Positions 43,168 through 55,313 of a stretch of 64,000 nt of DNA are shown in pieces (the first letter of the stretch is position 1; each line of letters starts with the position of its first letter). Origin of the DNA: Perkinsela sp. CCAP 1560/9 (Eukaryota; Protista; Euglenozoa: Kinetoplastea); NCBI GenBank assembly GCA_965644495.1, contig CBFFSA010000010.1, positions 702,818-766,817 of the forward strand, in the 5' to 3' direction. The position numbers were made by a program, and so were the translations under genes. The notes beneath the pieces were generated by a model. The model made no database searches, was not told the DNA's origin, and worked only from the letters and a program-made list of their open reading frames with translations.

Positions 43168-44114
43168 CAGGGGTGAACAGAAATCTTGCCCCCCCCTTGG
43201 AAATTTGATTTTTTTATCCTTTTTTGCTCATCTTTGCAGCATTGGAGAGATCTCGCTTTCCTAGCGAAGGGCTTTGCTGCCTTTTTTTCGTAGGGACCCC
43301 CTGGTGCTCATACGGCGACCCGAAAATCGACCAAAAACAAGATTTTAGAAAACTCAAATTTTGAAAATTACATGGAAAAATGCGGATGCCGATCAGTAAG
43401 AACTAATACGTGATATAAACTTTATAGATTAGTACCCAGAATGTCCGCCGTCATTTTCTAATACTATTCGGAGTCTTTTGGGAACTGAGTTGATTGTATT
43501 CATTACTTTTTGCTTTTCTGAGGATCTTTTTATGGCATTGAACGCCTTTTTTACGGCCTCTATGAGTGTTTCGTGGTTGTGTGGCTTAAATTTGTTCCAC
43601 ACAATGTTGTTCAGAAAGGGGTACAGAAAAAGTGCCTTTATGTGATATCAGGGGGTGTCCTCTCTTTTGTCGCTCCATGCCTCAACATACTCACCGGGTT
43701 TAGGGTTTGTACATCTTGTTTTCATAGTTTCACAAAAGGGAAAAATGTACGTGAGGGAAAAAAAATTGCTAAAAATCATGTTTTTATCCCATGAGAGCTC
43801 TAAGGAGCCATTAAGAAAGAAATGCAGCAAGACTATTCGCTATGAGAATTAGATTCATCAAACGCGATTAAAACGAGCTAAAATGCGAAGGGGATAATTT
43901 TATAAAACATAAAAAAATGTAAAAAAAATGGGTGCGCTCCAGAAAAACGGTATCAAAAAACCATGTTTTTTAGACCTAGGGGGTCCCAGGGGGTCCCTAC
44001 GAAAAAAAGGCGGCAAAGCCCTTCGCTAGGAAAGCGAGATCTCTCCAATGCTGCAAAGATGAGCAAAAACGGATAAAAAAACGGGGGGGGGGGCAAGATT
44101 TCTGTTCACCCCTG
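43168..44114. mobile_element. Non-autonomous Tc1-like MITE with ~135-bp TIRs and TA TSD
   Basis: TA|CAGGGGTGAACAGAAATCTTGCCCC...GGGGCAAGATTTCTGTTCACCCCTG|TA. Confidence 0.92.
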
Positions 44115-45097
44115 TAACATCAAGCTCTTATCGAAGACAGTTTGGACGACTTTTGGAAAAGACTCACAAAGCGTAAAAGCACCTGGTTTCTGCGATAGAA
44201 AACCGCCTTCGCAATCGTGAAGGAAGGATTTTTATTCGTCGAAATCAGGTACATCGTGTCAGTTCTGTTCTTCAGGATGAGACTCTTTCCTCTGAAGATT
44301 TATCTTCCATTCTCAAGGAACTGAAAGTTGTAAGGGATAAAGAAGATAAGGTCGGATTGAACGAATAATGTACAAAATTTTGAATTCAGTTTTCAGAATT
44401 TTTAAAAAGACGATATTTTCCCTTCGATCATTATCTAACAAGAAAAATGCTTCTTACTGCGGAACATAATGCGCATAATACACTTGGTTAACAGTGAGTT
44501 TGTGGTTTAGCATCCACAGCGTACACGTTTCCTCTGTGGCAGAGCCGACTGAAGTCAAGCGAATTTGAGCAGCACACTCAAAACGGGGGCAACCTCTGCA
44601 GTTCATTGAAACCATAGAAAGGCAATACTAGCCGTAATCTTAAGAAAAAAATTGACTAAGTAATCCAAAAAATTCATACATATCACCCTAGGCATACCCT
44701 AACTACAGTAGTAAACTAGCAATTACTAATTTGCTACTAATCGGCTAGTAATTACTATATAATTGACATTCGGGGGCACAGGCTCGTGCGTGATCCATGA
44801 AATGAAAGATATATAGTATATAGATGACTTGCTCGAATTCAATTTCACATGACTTCCCGCTTCAGCTTTTAATGTCTAAATTTATAACTTTCTTCTCAAT
44901 TTTGATTTGGTCTCCGAATAACTAATTACTAACTAACGAAAGGGCCGTCCGCACCCGCCCCTTTTTATCTGGATATGAAATTTTTTATCTGGATATGAAC
45001 AGTACAAAATGGATACTAGACAATTTATAGAAAATACGTATGTATCCCTATTATCTTATTATACCCACCCGTTTATGAATTACTTACGCAAGCTTTC

Positions 45098-45275
45098 AGT
45101 AATTACTAAGGAAGTAGTAGTTCTCTAGTTTCCTAATTACTAAGGAAGAAGTAGTACTAAGGAAGAACTACTAAGGTAGAAGTAGTACTAAGGTAGAAGT
45201 AGTACTAAGGAAGAACCTTCCTAAGTTTCCTAATTACTAAGGAAGAAGTAGTCCTCAGTAATTACTATGACTTAC
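45098..45275 (+). repeat. TACTAAGG(A/T)AGAAGTAG / AGTAATTACT repeats
   Basis: Short tandem and palindromic units; related motifs at 44686-44760 and 48976-49041, bounded by CCCTAGGCATAC/GTATGCCTAGGG. Confidence 0.7.
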
Positions 45276-45445
45276 TACTTTTTTTGATATGTACAAAAGT
45301 TTAAATCGTTACAGAATATGGGCTGACTGATGTATATAAAATGGTTACAATCACGAGGGCAATGAGAAGTTACTTCCAAAACGATGTTCTCACGGTCTGT
45401 GCTCCCGATAGGCGCTATTCGACCATAAAGTTATTCTTCGGCATA

Positions 45446-46231
45446 CAGTCCAGGTATTGGTTCCCCCCCCAGGCTCCAGAGCGCGCCGTAAGAGCTTTTG
45501 ACCTAATTCCTTCGGCATTCAACAGATCTCGAAAAGCTAGAGCGTTTCCCACAGTTGCTTTGCCCATCACCCCCCCTGGGTCCTAGGTGGGCGTGGTGAA
45601 AGTTGGCAAATTTCAAAAAAAAATTTCGAGGGGGGGTAAAAAATGAAAAAAATGTGTATAGATTCCTATATATTAATACCTACATTGGTCTCCTTGAATG
45701 CTCCGCACAATTCGCAAGCGTTTAGGAACTGAATTTATACAAATTAAGAATTGGCGTCGATAAGAATGACGCTTAAGCATCACAAAAGGCTTTCTTTATC
45801 GCCTTCCGGAGCTGTTTTTCAGTCCCTGGTTTCAAATTTTCTTTTACAATTCGGTCAAGGCGCTCTGGGAGTGCATTTCGTGACGTTTTATGGGTAATAG
45901 GGGGTATCTTGCTTTTCGGCGAGTTGTACTGGCCTTTAGTACTGGTCTTTAGTAGATTTGATGGGAGTATCCCTCAAATTCATAGAATGAGAAACCATAT
46001 TTGAATGAAAAACTCCCAAATTTTTGAAATATTGGGATTTTTTAGTAAAATTATGCTATTTTTTCGTGTTTTTCCTAAATATTTTTGACCCAGGAGGGCT
46101 GATAGGCAAACAAACGGCGGGAAACGCTCTAGTCTTTCGAGATCTGTTAAATGCCGAAGGAATTAGGTCAAAATCTCTTACGGTGTGTTCTGGATCCTGG
46201 GGGGGGGGGGGGGAAACCAGTACCTGGACTG
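45446..46231 (-). mobile_element. Tc1-like MITE with ~140-bp TIRs and TA TSD
   Basis: TA|CAGTCCAGGTA...TACCTGGACTG|TA; right arm homologous to 47186-47580. Confidence 0.88.
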
Positions 46232-46236
46232 TATTA

Positions 46237-46420
46237 CCCAGGCTAAAGTGGACGAGGGAGATACTAAAGGCACTTTTGGAAAACCACCACAAAACTGGAA
46301 CGATATCTCCCGTTAAAGATCCTTTCGTTACATCAGAATGCTCTACAAACCGGGAGGGTTCCAGTTTTGTGGTGGTTTTCCAAAGGTGCCTTTAGTATCT
46401 CCCTTGTCCACTTTAGAGGG
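46237..46420. mobile_element. ~180-bp palindromic MITE with termini related to 21862-22043
   Basis: AAAGTGGACGAGGGAGATACTAAAGGCAC / GTGCCTTTAGTATCTCCCTTGTCCACTTT. Confidence 0.78.
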
Positions 46421-47185
46421 TTGAAACATCCCCAGCCGCACCCACCCGCACCCAGTGCATCTCCAACGGCAAAGACTTAGCGAAATTCGGGAGATCCAGA
46501 AGGAACACGTTCGGGGTACTACTCCCCGAGAGGGATGACTTTTCTTTTCAGTCAATTTGTACGTGTGCCTCACCATGCGGGTTTTTTTGCAGGATCTAAC
46601 CCAAAAGAAAGTGCGAGTTGTGTAGACTAAAAACCTTTCACATGAACTTTATATCCTTACATTGAACTAAACTGAATGTGTTTCCGCGCCTGTTTACACG
46701 AGATCGCTTTCCCATCAACAAAAACAGTGTTACAAGAAAAGTGTGTAAGTGGCTAACTTACACGTGTACGTACACACTTACACGCGGAAGGTATGTCATT
46801 AAATCATAGGAACTTAATTTTTTCCCTTTCCCTTTCTATTTTCTTTCTCTGGGTCTTGTGTTCCGAATCCTCCGAAGTGATGTGGTGTGCATTCGTGGTG
46901 GCGCGCGGCTGAACCGTGTGTAGGGAGGATGGGTTTTATCGATATTGCAGTGACATAAAAGGAAAAAAAAAGAATAACTAATTGTACCTCCCTTTTTTGT
47001 GGCTACCATTTTTTTCGAATAACTAAAGAATGCAATTCGGTGAACCTTAAACTCGGCCGTGATAATTTGGGCATATAGATTATTAATACAGGGACACTGT
47101 TTTCCTTCCTACAACTGGTAAAAGTGTACATGTGGCTTAAACGAGGAATTTTGGTATTCTGTGATTTCGAGATCATACCATTCTA

Positions 47186-47790
47186 CAGACCAGGTACTGG
47201 TTTCCCCCCCAGGCTCCTGAGCACACCATAAGAGCTTTTGACCTAATTCCTTCGGCATTCAACAGATCTCGAAAAACTAGAGCGTTTCCGGCCGTTCGTT
47301 TGCCCATCACCCCCCCTGGGTCTAAAATACTATCCCCCCTATCCTAGCGTTGCCTGGCTATTTAGAAAAAGAACACGAAAAAATAGCATAATTTTACAAA
47401 CAATCCCAATATTTCAAAAATTTGGGAGTTTTTTATTCAAATATGGTTTCTAATTCTATAAATTTGAGGGATACCCCCGTTAAATCTACTAAAGGGCAGT
47501 ACTCCAACTCGCCGAAGAACAAGACACCCCCTATTACCTGTAAGACCCCCCTATTACCTGCATTCCCAGAGCGCCTTGAAATTGTCCGCCATTATAAAAA
47601 AGGAAATTCGATTCATACTTTAGCTAAACATTTTGGCAGGGACAGAAAGACTGTCCGTGAAATTCTGTCTACGTGGAAGTCTAAAAGTCCACTAGAACCC
47701 AAACCCCACCCAGGCCCTGGTTTCACTGTGTCTACGAAGCCATTCAGGGCGGCACTCGTCAAAATTGTACCGCAAAGGGTCCACATTTCC
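47186..47790 (+). mobile_element. 5' end of the Tc1-like parent of MITE 45446-46231, with transposase HTH remnant
   Basis: TA|CAGACCAGGTACTGG; ERLEIVRHYKKGNSIHTLAKHFGRDRKTVREIL...PGPG. Confidence 0.75.
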
Positions 47791-48227
47791 GGAGCGACGG
47801 GCTGATGAAGTTGGTTTTCGCGGTGTTTTCAACTGCGAAGCAGTTACAGCCGCTTGGCTGCATGAACCTACGAATTGTAGGTACCAATATTCTTTTCCAC
47901 TGCGGTTGAAATTTCTCTTCGCTCTCCTGCCCCGTTCTGACGTATTGGAGTCAAGCTCTGACTCATAGAAGGCGGGTTACTCTCGGGATCGATGTGTTGC
48001 GAGGAGTGGTTTGGTATGGAGGCTCGAACCCGCTTTGCAATGATTATGGTGCCCAACCAGGTACCCATTATAATAAAGGGGTAGGTCACTTTTCATTGGG
48101 GGGTTATATATGCAAAACATAATTGTACTTACACATGGAAGAGAAAAATGTTTAGTTGTGCTTAATGATGCTTAATTTACTCGGAGCTAAGTCCAGGGTA
48201 TGATTATTATGTAAAAACGGACACGGT

Positions 48228-48506
48228 TTGATAGCTCGACACAACGCCCTGGCACACCAATTCGCATCTTTCCGCAGCAAGGCCTTTCTTCAACCACAGA
48301 GAGAAAAGAGTCTGGGAAACCGTGGCCCAGGAGGCGCTCTCACTAGACCCGCGGACGTTTTTCTGCCCACTGGCTCTCTTGAGAGAGGGGTTCTGGCGAA
48401 AGGCATGGTATTAGATTTTGCGGTCACACATGCACAGCAAAAGAAGTATTTGGACTCAGTCCGTACTGCTAGCTGGGTGACGCCAGGATCTTTTGCCGGG
48501 CATTAG
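48228..48506 (+). pseudogene. Restriction-like endonuclease fragment of a CRE/SLACS-type non-LTR retrotransposon
   Basis: RHNAL...RE...RPADV...LDFAVTH motif order. Confidence 0.6.
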
Positions 48507-49302
48507 GGGGGCGGCGGAAGTGGAGGCGGGGAGGGAGCGTGACGGGTGGTGCGGCACGAGCGTGGCGGGTGGCGCGGCGGGAGCGTGGCGGGTGGCACGG
48601 CAGGAGCGTGGCGGGGAGCACGGCGGGAGAGCGCCGTGGGCTTCATGGGCTTCATTAGTAAGGGCAACTTGAGTGGGATTTTCTTTAAGTCGATTAGAAA
48701 TGGCAACAGCACGCTCGCGATGCTCTTCTGCAGAAGGCCTTTGTCGTCGACGAGTGTTGCTTGGCACAGGTGTAGAAACTTCATTTCCGGGTTCCCTTTC
48801 AACGATTGGTTCAACTTCCAGACAGACAATAAGAAGTCAATAGCTAATAATTTTATTAATATGAGAGACACTGCAGATACCGCTAAAGTTAATAACATAT
48901 CCGCCATAAAACAATGAAATGAAATTTCAAAAATAACTGTGTTTTTAAAATGGTAACAACCTTCATGGGAAGACTCAAAAGTAGTAGCTCATAGTAATTA
49001 CTATAGTAATTACTAGTTTACTAGTTAGCGTATGCCTAGGGAACACAAAAAACGATTTCATAAAAATTTGAAATTATTTTAAGAAAGTGTACTCCCCCTG
49101 TCATTAATAATGATAATCTTAAAAAAATTATTATTCTATGTGATGAAGACTCTTAAAAAATTATCAACTGTATCTATAAAAATTATCAACTGTATTTGGT
49201 TTCAAAAACGGCCCAAATTCGCCCAAAATTTCGCATTTTTGGCATGAAAATCTTTTTTTTTGTCGAAAACGATGTACTCCTCCTCATTAATTTCTATAAA
49301 TA

Positions 49303-52300
49303 AACCCCTGGCCAAAATAAGGCACCCCCCTCTAAAAATTCGATGCTTTGTTTGTTTGAGCTAATTTCAATGGCATTTTGCAGATCTCAGTTCGGGATTT
49401 ATGTCCTCCCACACTTGGTCACTAGTCCTATAGCTATTTATAAAGTGGAAACTACAGGGCCGTTTATGTCAAAGTTGAACAATTCCACAGGTTGCACATG
49501 ATGTCGAATTCAAATAAAATGTGCGGAAAGCGTTAGTTTAGAACACAAGCAGATAGGGAAAAATATTTTCTACGCACATGGGCCCCTGTACCCAAAAGAT
49601 GCAATGGTCCAAAAAGGCAATCTCAGGCAAAATTGACCAAGTATTTTATCATTATTTTTCGATAAACTTTAGTTTTTAGTACTGAGTTTCTCCCCTTTCC
49701 CAGAAATCACTTATTTTAACATTAGTACACATACAGTATTTAGTAAGGAATCTTCTTTCCTTTATATAATATGCACAACTCGAGTCTTTTTTTGAAGGAG
49801 ACATGCAGCTTCTTTATCGACTCCTTCGCTTCTACGGAGTCCAAATATGATTCACATACGCGCTTAATTTCACCTGCAGAAATGGGGCATTTACGGTTCT
49901 TGAATTGCTTTGTTTGGTTCCACAAGTTCTCAATTGGATTAAGATCTGGGGAATCCGCCGGCCAGCGAAGCATTAACTCTCCAGTTGTACTCACGTACCG
50001 TGACAAGTTCATCGCCTTTCGATCTTTTCACCACTTTTTTGTAAGTATGGCCCGATGAGCGGGAGCACCGTCTTCCATAAGAATAATGTTTTCATGAGTG
50101 GCTGCGTAAGGCAAAAAATGGGGCTCCAATATCGACTTGCGGTAATATAACGATCCGAGTTTTAATTCCTGAGGAAATTCTTCCCGCTTTTCCCCAGGTA
50201 GCAATTCACGCGAAGCTTCATCCTTGTAAAACTTGGTGAAATCGCACCAGTGGTAAAAAACGTGTCCGTCGCCCGCAATAGCACCCCAAATCATTACTTT
50301 CGTTGGATGATGCGTCCTTGACTTATACACAATGTCAGTCGGACTTTGCCAAGCACCTCTGGACATGTCCCCCGCTTCCATCCAGGATTCGTCAGAAAAT
50401 ATTAATCGCTTAAAAAATATGCCTTCGGTTGCCTCGTTCTCTTTTAACATTGATTGACAAAAGGCGACTCTTGCGTCCATTTTTTTTTGGGAGAGAGACA
50501 ATTTCTTCCTCTTTCTTCCTCTTTCTTCCTCTTTCTTCCTCTTTCTTCCTCTTTCTTCCTCTTTCTCCAGCCTTAGAACTTTTCAGAACATAAGTGCACG
50601 TCGAACGGGGCAAAGCAAACATGTAACAAAGGTCAGCGTGCCGGTAAACGCCGCTCCTGTGAAACAATTTTATAGCCATTACATCTGTTTCTGTTAACCG
50701 CGTTCTAGTTCTATATATTTGAACTGCGGTTCGTCTGTTCATTGTTTTTTTTTTCATGGGTCGGCCTCGTTTTCCCTGTTGCTTTTGTTCAAATGTCTGG
50801 ATGTGCTGTTGGCTGCGCAATAATTGCAAAGATTTAATTATTTGAAATTTTTCAGTCTCCTCTTCCCTGTATCGTACTTCAAGAAGTGCTCTTTCCTCCT
50901 TTACTATCTTCAGTTCGTTTTCTAACAGAGAGCATCGAATCTCAGCCTCTTTGCAAGTGAACTCACTGTTTTTCATGCTTGCGTTTACCCTCTCACATAT
51001 TTCATCATACCGCGTTTCTTGCTTGCAGTTACGATTTACAGCATTTCGTAACTGTCGTGTGCGCAAACGCAGTTTGTGTTGTAAGCTTTCGATACGTCTT
51101 CGTAGAGTACGTTCGACGTTCCTCTTGCTTCGCACCTCATCCGCCGTTACTTCTGTTTGAATTTTTTCCTCGTCGTGACTTGGTTGTACATTTGAAGTTC
51201 TCGGCTCGATCTCGTCCGGAGGTTCTGCTCTTAGAACCTCTTCTTCTGGTTGCTGAGAAGAAAGACTATTGCCAATCAATTCTTCAACCACTAGATCATA
51301 ATTTTTTGGGGGTGAGATTTTCTCGTAGGGGATAGAGCTCGCGCGAGATGAAACATCCCCTTTTATTCGTGAGATAAAATCTAAGAAACTTTCATCTTCA
51401 CCGCGTTCGACGTTACAGCTAATTGGCCATATGCTACAAGGCCCTCCCCATCACTCCACTCATCTTCACTAATAAGAGAGTTATCGCTTGAATCTACGGA
51501 GAAATCACTCAAAGTCCAATCCGGGTCATCACCGAGTGAGGATGGTGTTGATACGCTCAAATCTGAAATTGAGCTAGCATCAGAGCGAGGGGAAATACAG
51601 TAACTGGACTCCTCGTCCAGTTGCAATGGCATGTTCCAAGAAAGTAAAGAAAAAAACGCAATTTGGCAATTCTACAACAAAACACGTTTTGCATTTGATA
51701 GTATCAAATTCTTACTCTATCGGATGCTTCGAATACATATGAACGCATGATTCAAATACGTGTGAGTAAAGACAAGCTTTTCTTTCACGATTCGAAGAGT
51801 TTTAAAAACAAGACGTTTTCTAGCGGCTCATCTGGACGAAAGGCGTCAAATATTACCAAAAAAAATATTAGTGTCTGAACCGCGCTTGGCGACAAGGCAT
51901 CATATTTTTCCTTTCTAGAGGAGGCTCGCGCCTATCTTTTGAGGTACATATGATTATTGAGGTACATTTGTATATAAAAAATTGAACAAAACATACACTT
52001 GTAAGAATTGCTCAAAAAATGCTGAACGACCCTGTATTTATCACTTTTTTACCTTTTCGCCACCTAGTTCGACGCAGGCCTTCAGTCTACGATCGAAACT
52101 TAAGATGGTATCATTTATCATTTCAGTCGGTAAAGAACTCCATGTGTTTAGAATACACCTTTGCAGTTCGGAAACTGTAGATGGTAGCTTTTCACTTACG
52201 TCTTGTTGTACCATTGACCATATGTTTTCAATGGGAGAAAGATCGGGAGAAATTGGGGGCCAATTTTTTAGTAGATTAATTTTTCGTTTGTTCAGGTAAT

Positions 52301-52675
52301 TTATGGTGGCCTTGGCCGTATGAGCGGTGGCACCATCTTGTTGAAATATTCTTTTGCGGGGGAAATAAACATGTTTTAGTGTGTCTATGTATGTTTCGTG
52401 GGTAATAGAGGTCCTGCTGGATAAAATTTTTAAGCATCTCCAGTTAATTCCTATAGCACCCCACACCTGGCACTTAGGCGCCCAGCGCACCTTTAGTCTC
52501 TTTGCAGGGGTCTCTCCTTTTTTTACCCACATTTTCATTCGATTATCGTTTGTATCAAAAAAACAGCGGGAACGTACAGATCTCAAAATTTTGAACGAAA
52601 ACATGGTATGTTAACCCTACCATACCCCCTCATGCAAAAAATAAGGGGGGGGTGCCTTATTGGTGGCCAGGGGTT
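49303..52675 (-). mobile_element. Tc1/IS630-like element (DD35E, N-terminally deleted transposase at 52041-52604), related to 22091-23022
   Basis: TA|AACCCCTGGCCA...TGGCCAGGGGTT|TA; QVWGAIG; QQDGATAH; WPPISPDLSPIENIW. Confidence 0.88.
49455..52034 (-). mobile_element. Nested Tc1-like element with a long, disrupted transposase (ORFs 51381-51632, 50410-51291, 50028-50501, 49740-50012)
   Basis: TA|CAGGGCCGTTTA...TGAACGACCCTG|TA; FSDES; VMIWGAI; EDGAPAH; WPADSPDLNPIENLW. Confidence 0.82.
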
Positions 52676-53053
52676 TATATATTGTAACAAAAAAGAAAAT
52701 TTATATTTATATTTATAGAAATTAATAAGAATGGTTAGGCAAAAAGTCCTGATTAATGATCTTGCCTGATGGAAAAACGCTATTTTTCTGCGATAAGCTA
52801 TTGCAGAACGTGAGATCCAAGGTCCTTGTCGGAAGTGAGGGTCAAATTTTTCTGCGGTGTCCTCCCCTCTATCCTAGCTTTTCCTGTTTTTTTCTTCAAA
52901 AACATAATTTTTTGAAAATCTATATTTTTTTCTGAAAAATTAGGAATGGCGTTTATATAAATTAATGAGAAGAGGAGTACTCCCCCTGCCATTAATAATG
53001 ATAATGATAATAAAAATCTCAAAAAATTATCATTCTTGAGGATTATCATTATC

Positions 53054-53930
53054 ATTGCGGTGGTTGTAAAACTACCGCTCTACCCTCGATTATTGAAAAA
53101 AAGGTGAACAAAAACAGTGAAAATATAAAGAGGAACACAGTAATATAATAGAAGAAAAAAATATAAAAGGGGGCTCCGGTGGTCCAAAATTGAAAAAAAT
53201 GGGGGGTCTAGGGGGGGGGGGCATACCGCACGAAATTTTTTTGTAAAAATGATTTTTCGAAACAAACCCGCAGAAAGGGTAGCCGGGGTCTTGGCGCGCA
53301 TTTTCCACCCCCGTACCCCGGGGTGACCCCCCCTCGTAGCCGCAGGACGGGTCCGCCAAGTTCGGATTTTTTCGGAAAAAAAATTTTGAAAAAAAATTCA
53401 ACTTGGCGAAAAAGATGGTAAAAAAATTATTTTTCCAAAAATCGTTTCCCCTATTGTATTTTGAGTTTGGGACCTATACTAGCTTTCCGCCCAGTTGTTT
53501 TCGCAAGGTATCTCTTCTTCGAGCCGTGGTATGCCCGCGAAAATGGTCCATTTTTGACTAAAAAAGGTGAAAAAGTATTTTTCGGACCCCAAGAGGCCTT
53601 TTTGTGTTGGAAGAATGGTGTGGTTGGAGTCGCATTCTCTACCCAACACGTTCAGTAGGCTTGCATTCACGCCTACGAGTGATTTCGCACACGCAAATAT
53701 CAGATTTAGTGCTCTGAGAGCAAAAATACGCAAAAATCACCCCATTTTTACCCAAAAATCGGCTATTTTTGGCTATAATCTTTCCGTTTTCTTCACCTTT
53801 CCAGGCCAAATTTCTTTTTTGGGCTCTTCGTTAAACGCGGAGGTAGTTTTCAACGCGAAGAGCGCAGCATGAGGGACTTCTAAGTTGAAAACAACCACCG
53901 CATTTAACGAAAAGCCTAAAAAAGAAATTA
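53054..53930 (+). mobile_element. Full-length family H element inserted in a MITE
   Basis: Small hairpin at 53057-53078 and large hairpin at ~53810-53928; colinear with 2851-3786. Confidence 0.75.
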
Positions 53931-54692
53931 TTAATGACAGGGGGAGTACATTATTCGTTCAATCCCACCGAAGATAATGATGAACCACGTTTGGTTCACG
54001 TGGCCCACAACATATTGAAGTCGAAGATGAAGAAGGTTCCCGTAAGATGGAATCTTTAAAAAAGTGCAAAAAGAACGTCGCTTCTCGCAATGTGCGTGAT
54101 GTTTCAAGTTATAAAGCTAAAAAGAGGTTTAAGATGGTAAAAGAGATTTAATGAAAAAGTAAAGATAAGTGGCACCAAATAAGGTAAAGAGTGAGTGGTG
54201 CTAAAGCCAACGACTATTCCCATCACAAGGATTATTAGTATTAGTGCCTATGTGGGTTTATTCTTTCAGCTGTTATTTAAATTTTCATTCAGAGTGACGT
54301 GTTTTAACTAATTCGGTCTGTTTTACCTACATGCAATCATCCTAGCGGCCGAGCCATTAAGCCCTCTTAAAAAATACCGAAAAATTCTACACGAACATTC
54401 ACGAATCTACACGGATTACCACGTACCACAGCTCGTCGCGGACTTACACAGACCTACTGCATACTCTCCAATGATAAAACAGGTTCCAAAAGAAAAATAA
54501 ATACAGCAAACCATACACTAATAAAATGTAGTAGGCTTTGCGTCGGGAATAACACTTTCATAATAAATAGTGGTGTCATGAACCAGTGCAACTTTTTAAG
54601 CTTTCAGTTGAATCTCTTCACGGCTTCGATAGTTTTCCTCAGGTATTTAAGTGGGGATGGCTTCAATTAATTCAAAATTTCTCAATAATGAA

Positions 54693-55313
54693 TTACATAA
54701 AGTCATCCTCATCGATTGGCGTTTGGTCAGCACTCCGATCAACTGTTTTCATTAATGATGAATAATTTCGAAGCTCTGCTGCCTTTTTCGCCTCAGAGAT
54801 TTGACGTTCTTTTTCATCTTTTTGCTGTTTTTGAATAAGACGTGCCTTTTCTCTTTTGTTCTTATCATATTTCTCACGCAAGGATTTCAAATTGTAATCT
54901 GACTTCTCTCGCTTTGTTTTCTCTATAGGTTTTACAATATCGTTGTTCTTGGAAATGCGCAACGTTTTGACGGCTTTCGGATTATGATATCCAATTGCAC
55001 CAATTTCCATATCCTTTCCCTTGTGAAGATTCTTCCACGGCGTGTAAATAATATTCACAGACGCAAGTTTGGATCCTGTAATTGAATTGTGTTTCGTTAG
55101 CTGGCCTAATTCTTCCAATGTTTCGGGAGAAATATTTTCCCATGATTCTTCCTCCTTTAATCGGAGGTAGACATGAGCACTACTGTAATCATCAACATGA
55201 AACCAAACGTCCTCGTCCAATCCGTATTCAATCAGATCTTCGTTTTCATACTTATCTCGGCCCATATAGCAGACAAGATCCGGGGCAGTTTTTAAAGTGT
55301 AAAAATACACCAT
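54693..55313 (-). CDS. CCDC25: CCDC25/Jlp2 NFACT-R (DUF814) protein
   Basis: YMGRDKYENEDLI; WFHVDDYSSAHVYLR; YTPWKNLHK; C-terminal EDDFM. Confidence 0.95.
   Translation of the reverse strand: MVYFYTLKTAPDLVCYMGRDKYENEDLIEYGLDEDVWFHVDDYSSAHVYLRLKEEESWENISPETLEELGQLTKHNSITGSKLASVNIIYTPWKNLHKGKDMEIGAIGYHNPKAVKTLRISKNNDIVKPIEKTKREKSDYNLKSLREKYDKNKREKARLIQKQQKDEKERQISEAKKAAELRNYSSLMKTVDRSADQTPIDEDDFM

Larger units (their letters stand above)
49092..53946. mobile_element. Nest of TA-flanked CTCC-terminated MITEs (ends at 49092, 49277, 52977, 52980, 53946)
   Basis: TA|CTCCCCCTGTCATTAATAA at 49092 is an exact inverse of TTATTAATGACAGGGGGAG|TA at 53946; related end at 17451. Confidence 0.7.

Noticed and set aside
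47800-47880. Hammerhead ribozyme (CTGATGA...GAAG)
   Set aside because: GAAA core is not intact and I could not find convincing stems I and III
48456-48917. Overlapping ORFs 48503-48907 and 48456-48767 as a host gene
   Set aside because: No recognisable domain; they run into a CGCCACGC repeat inside TE debris
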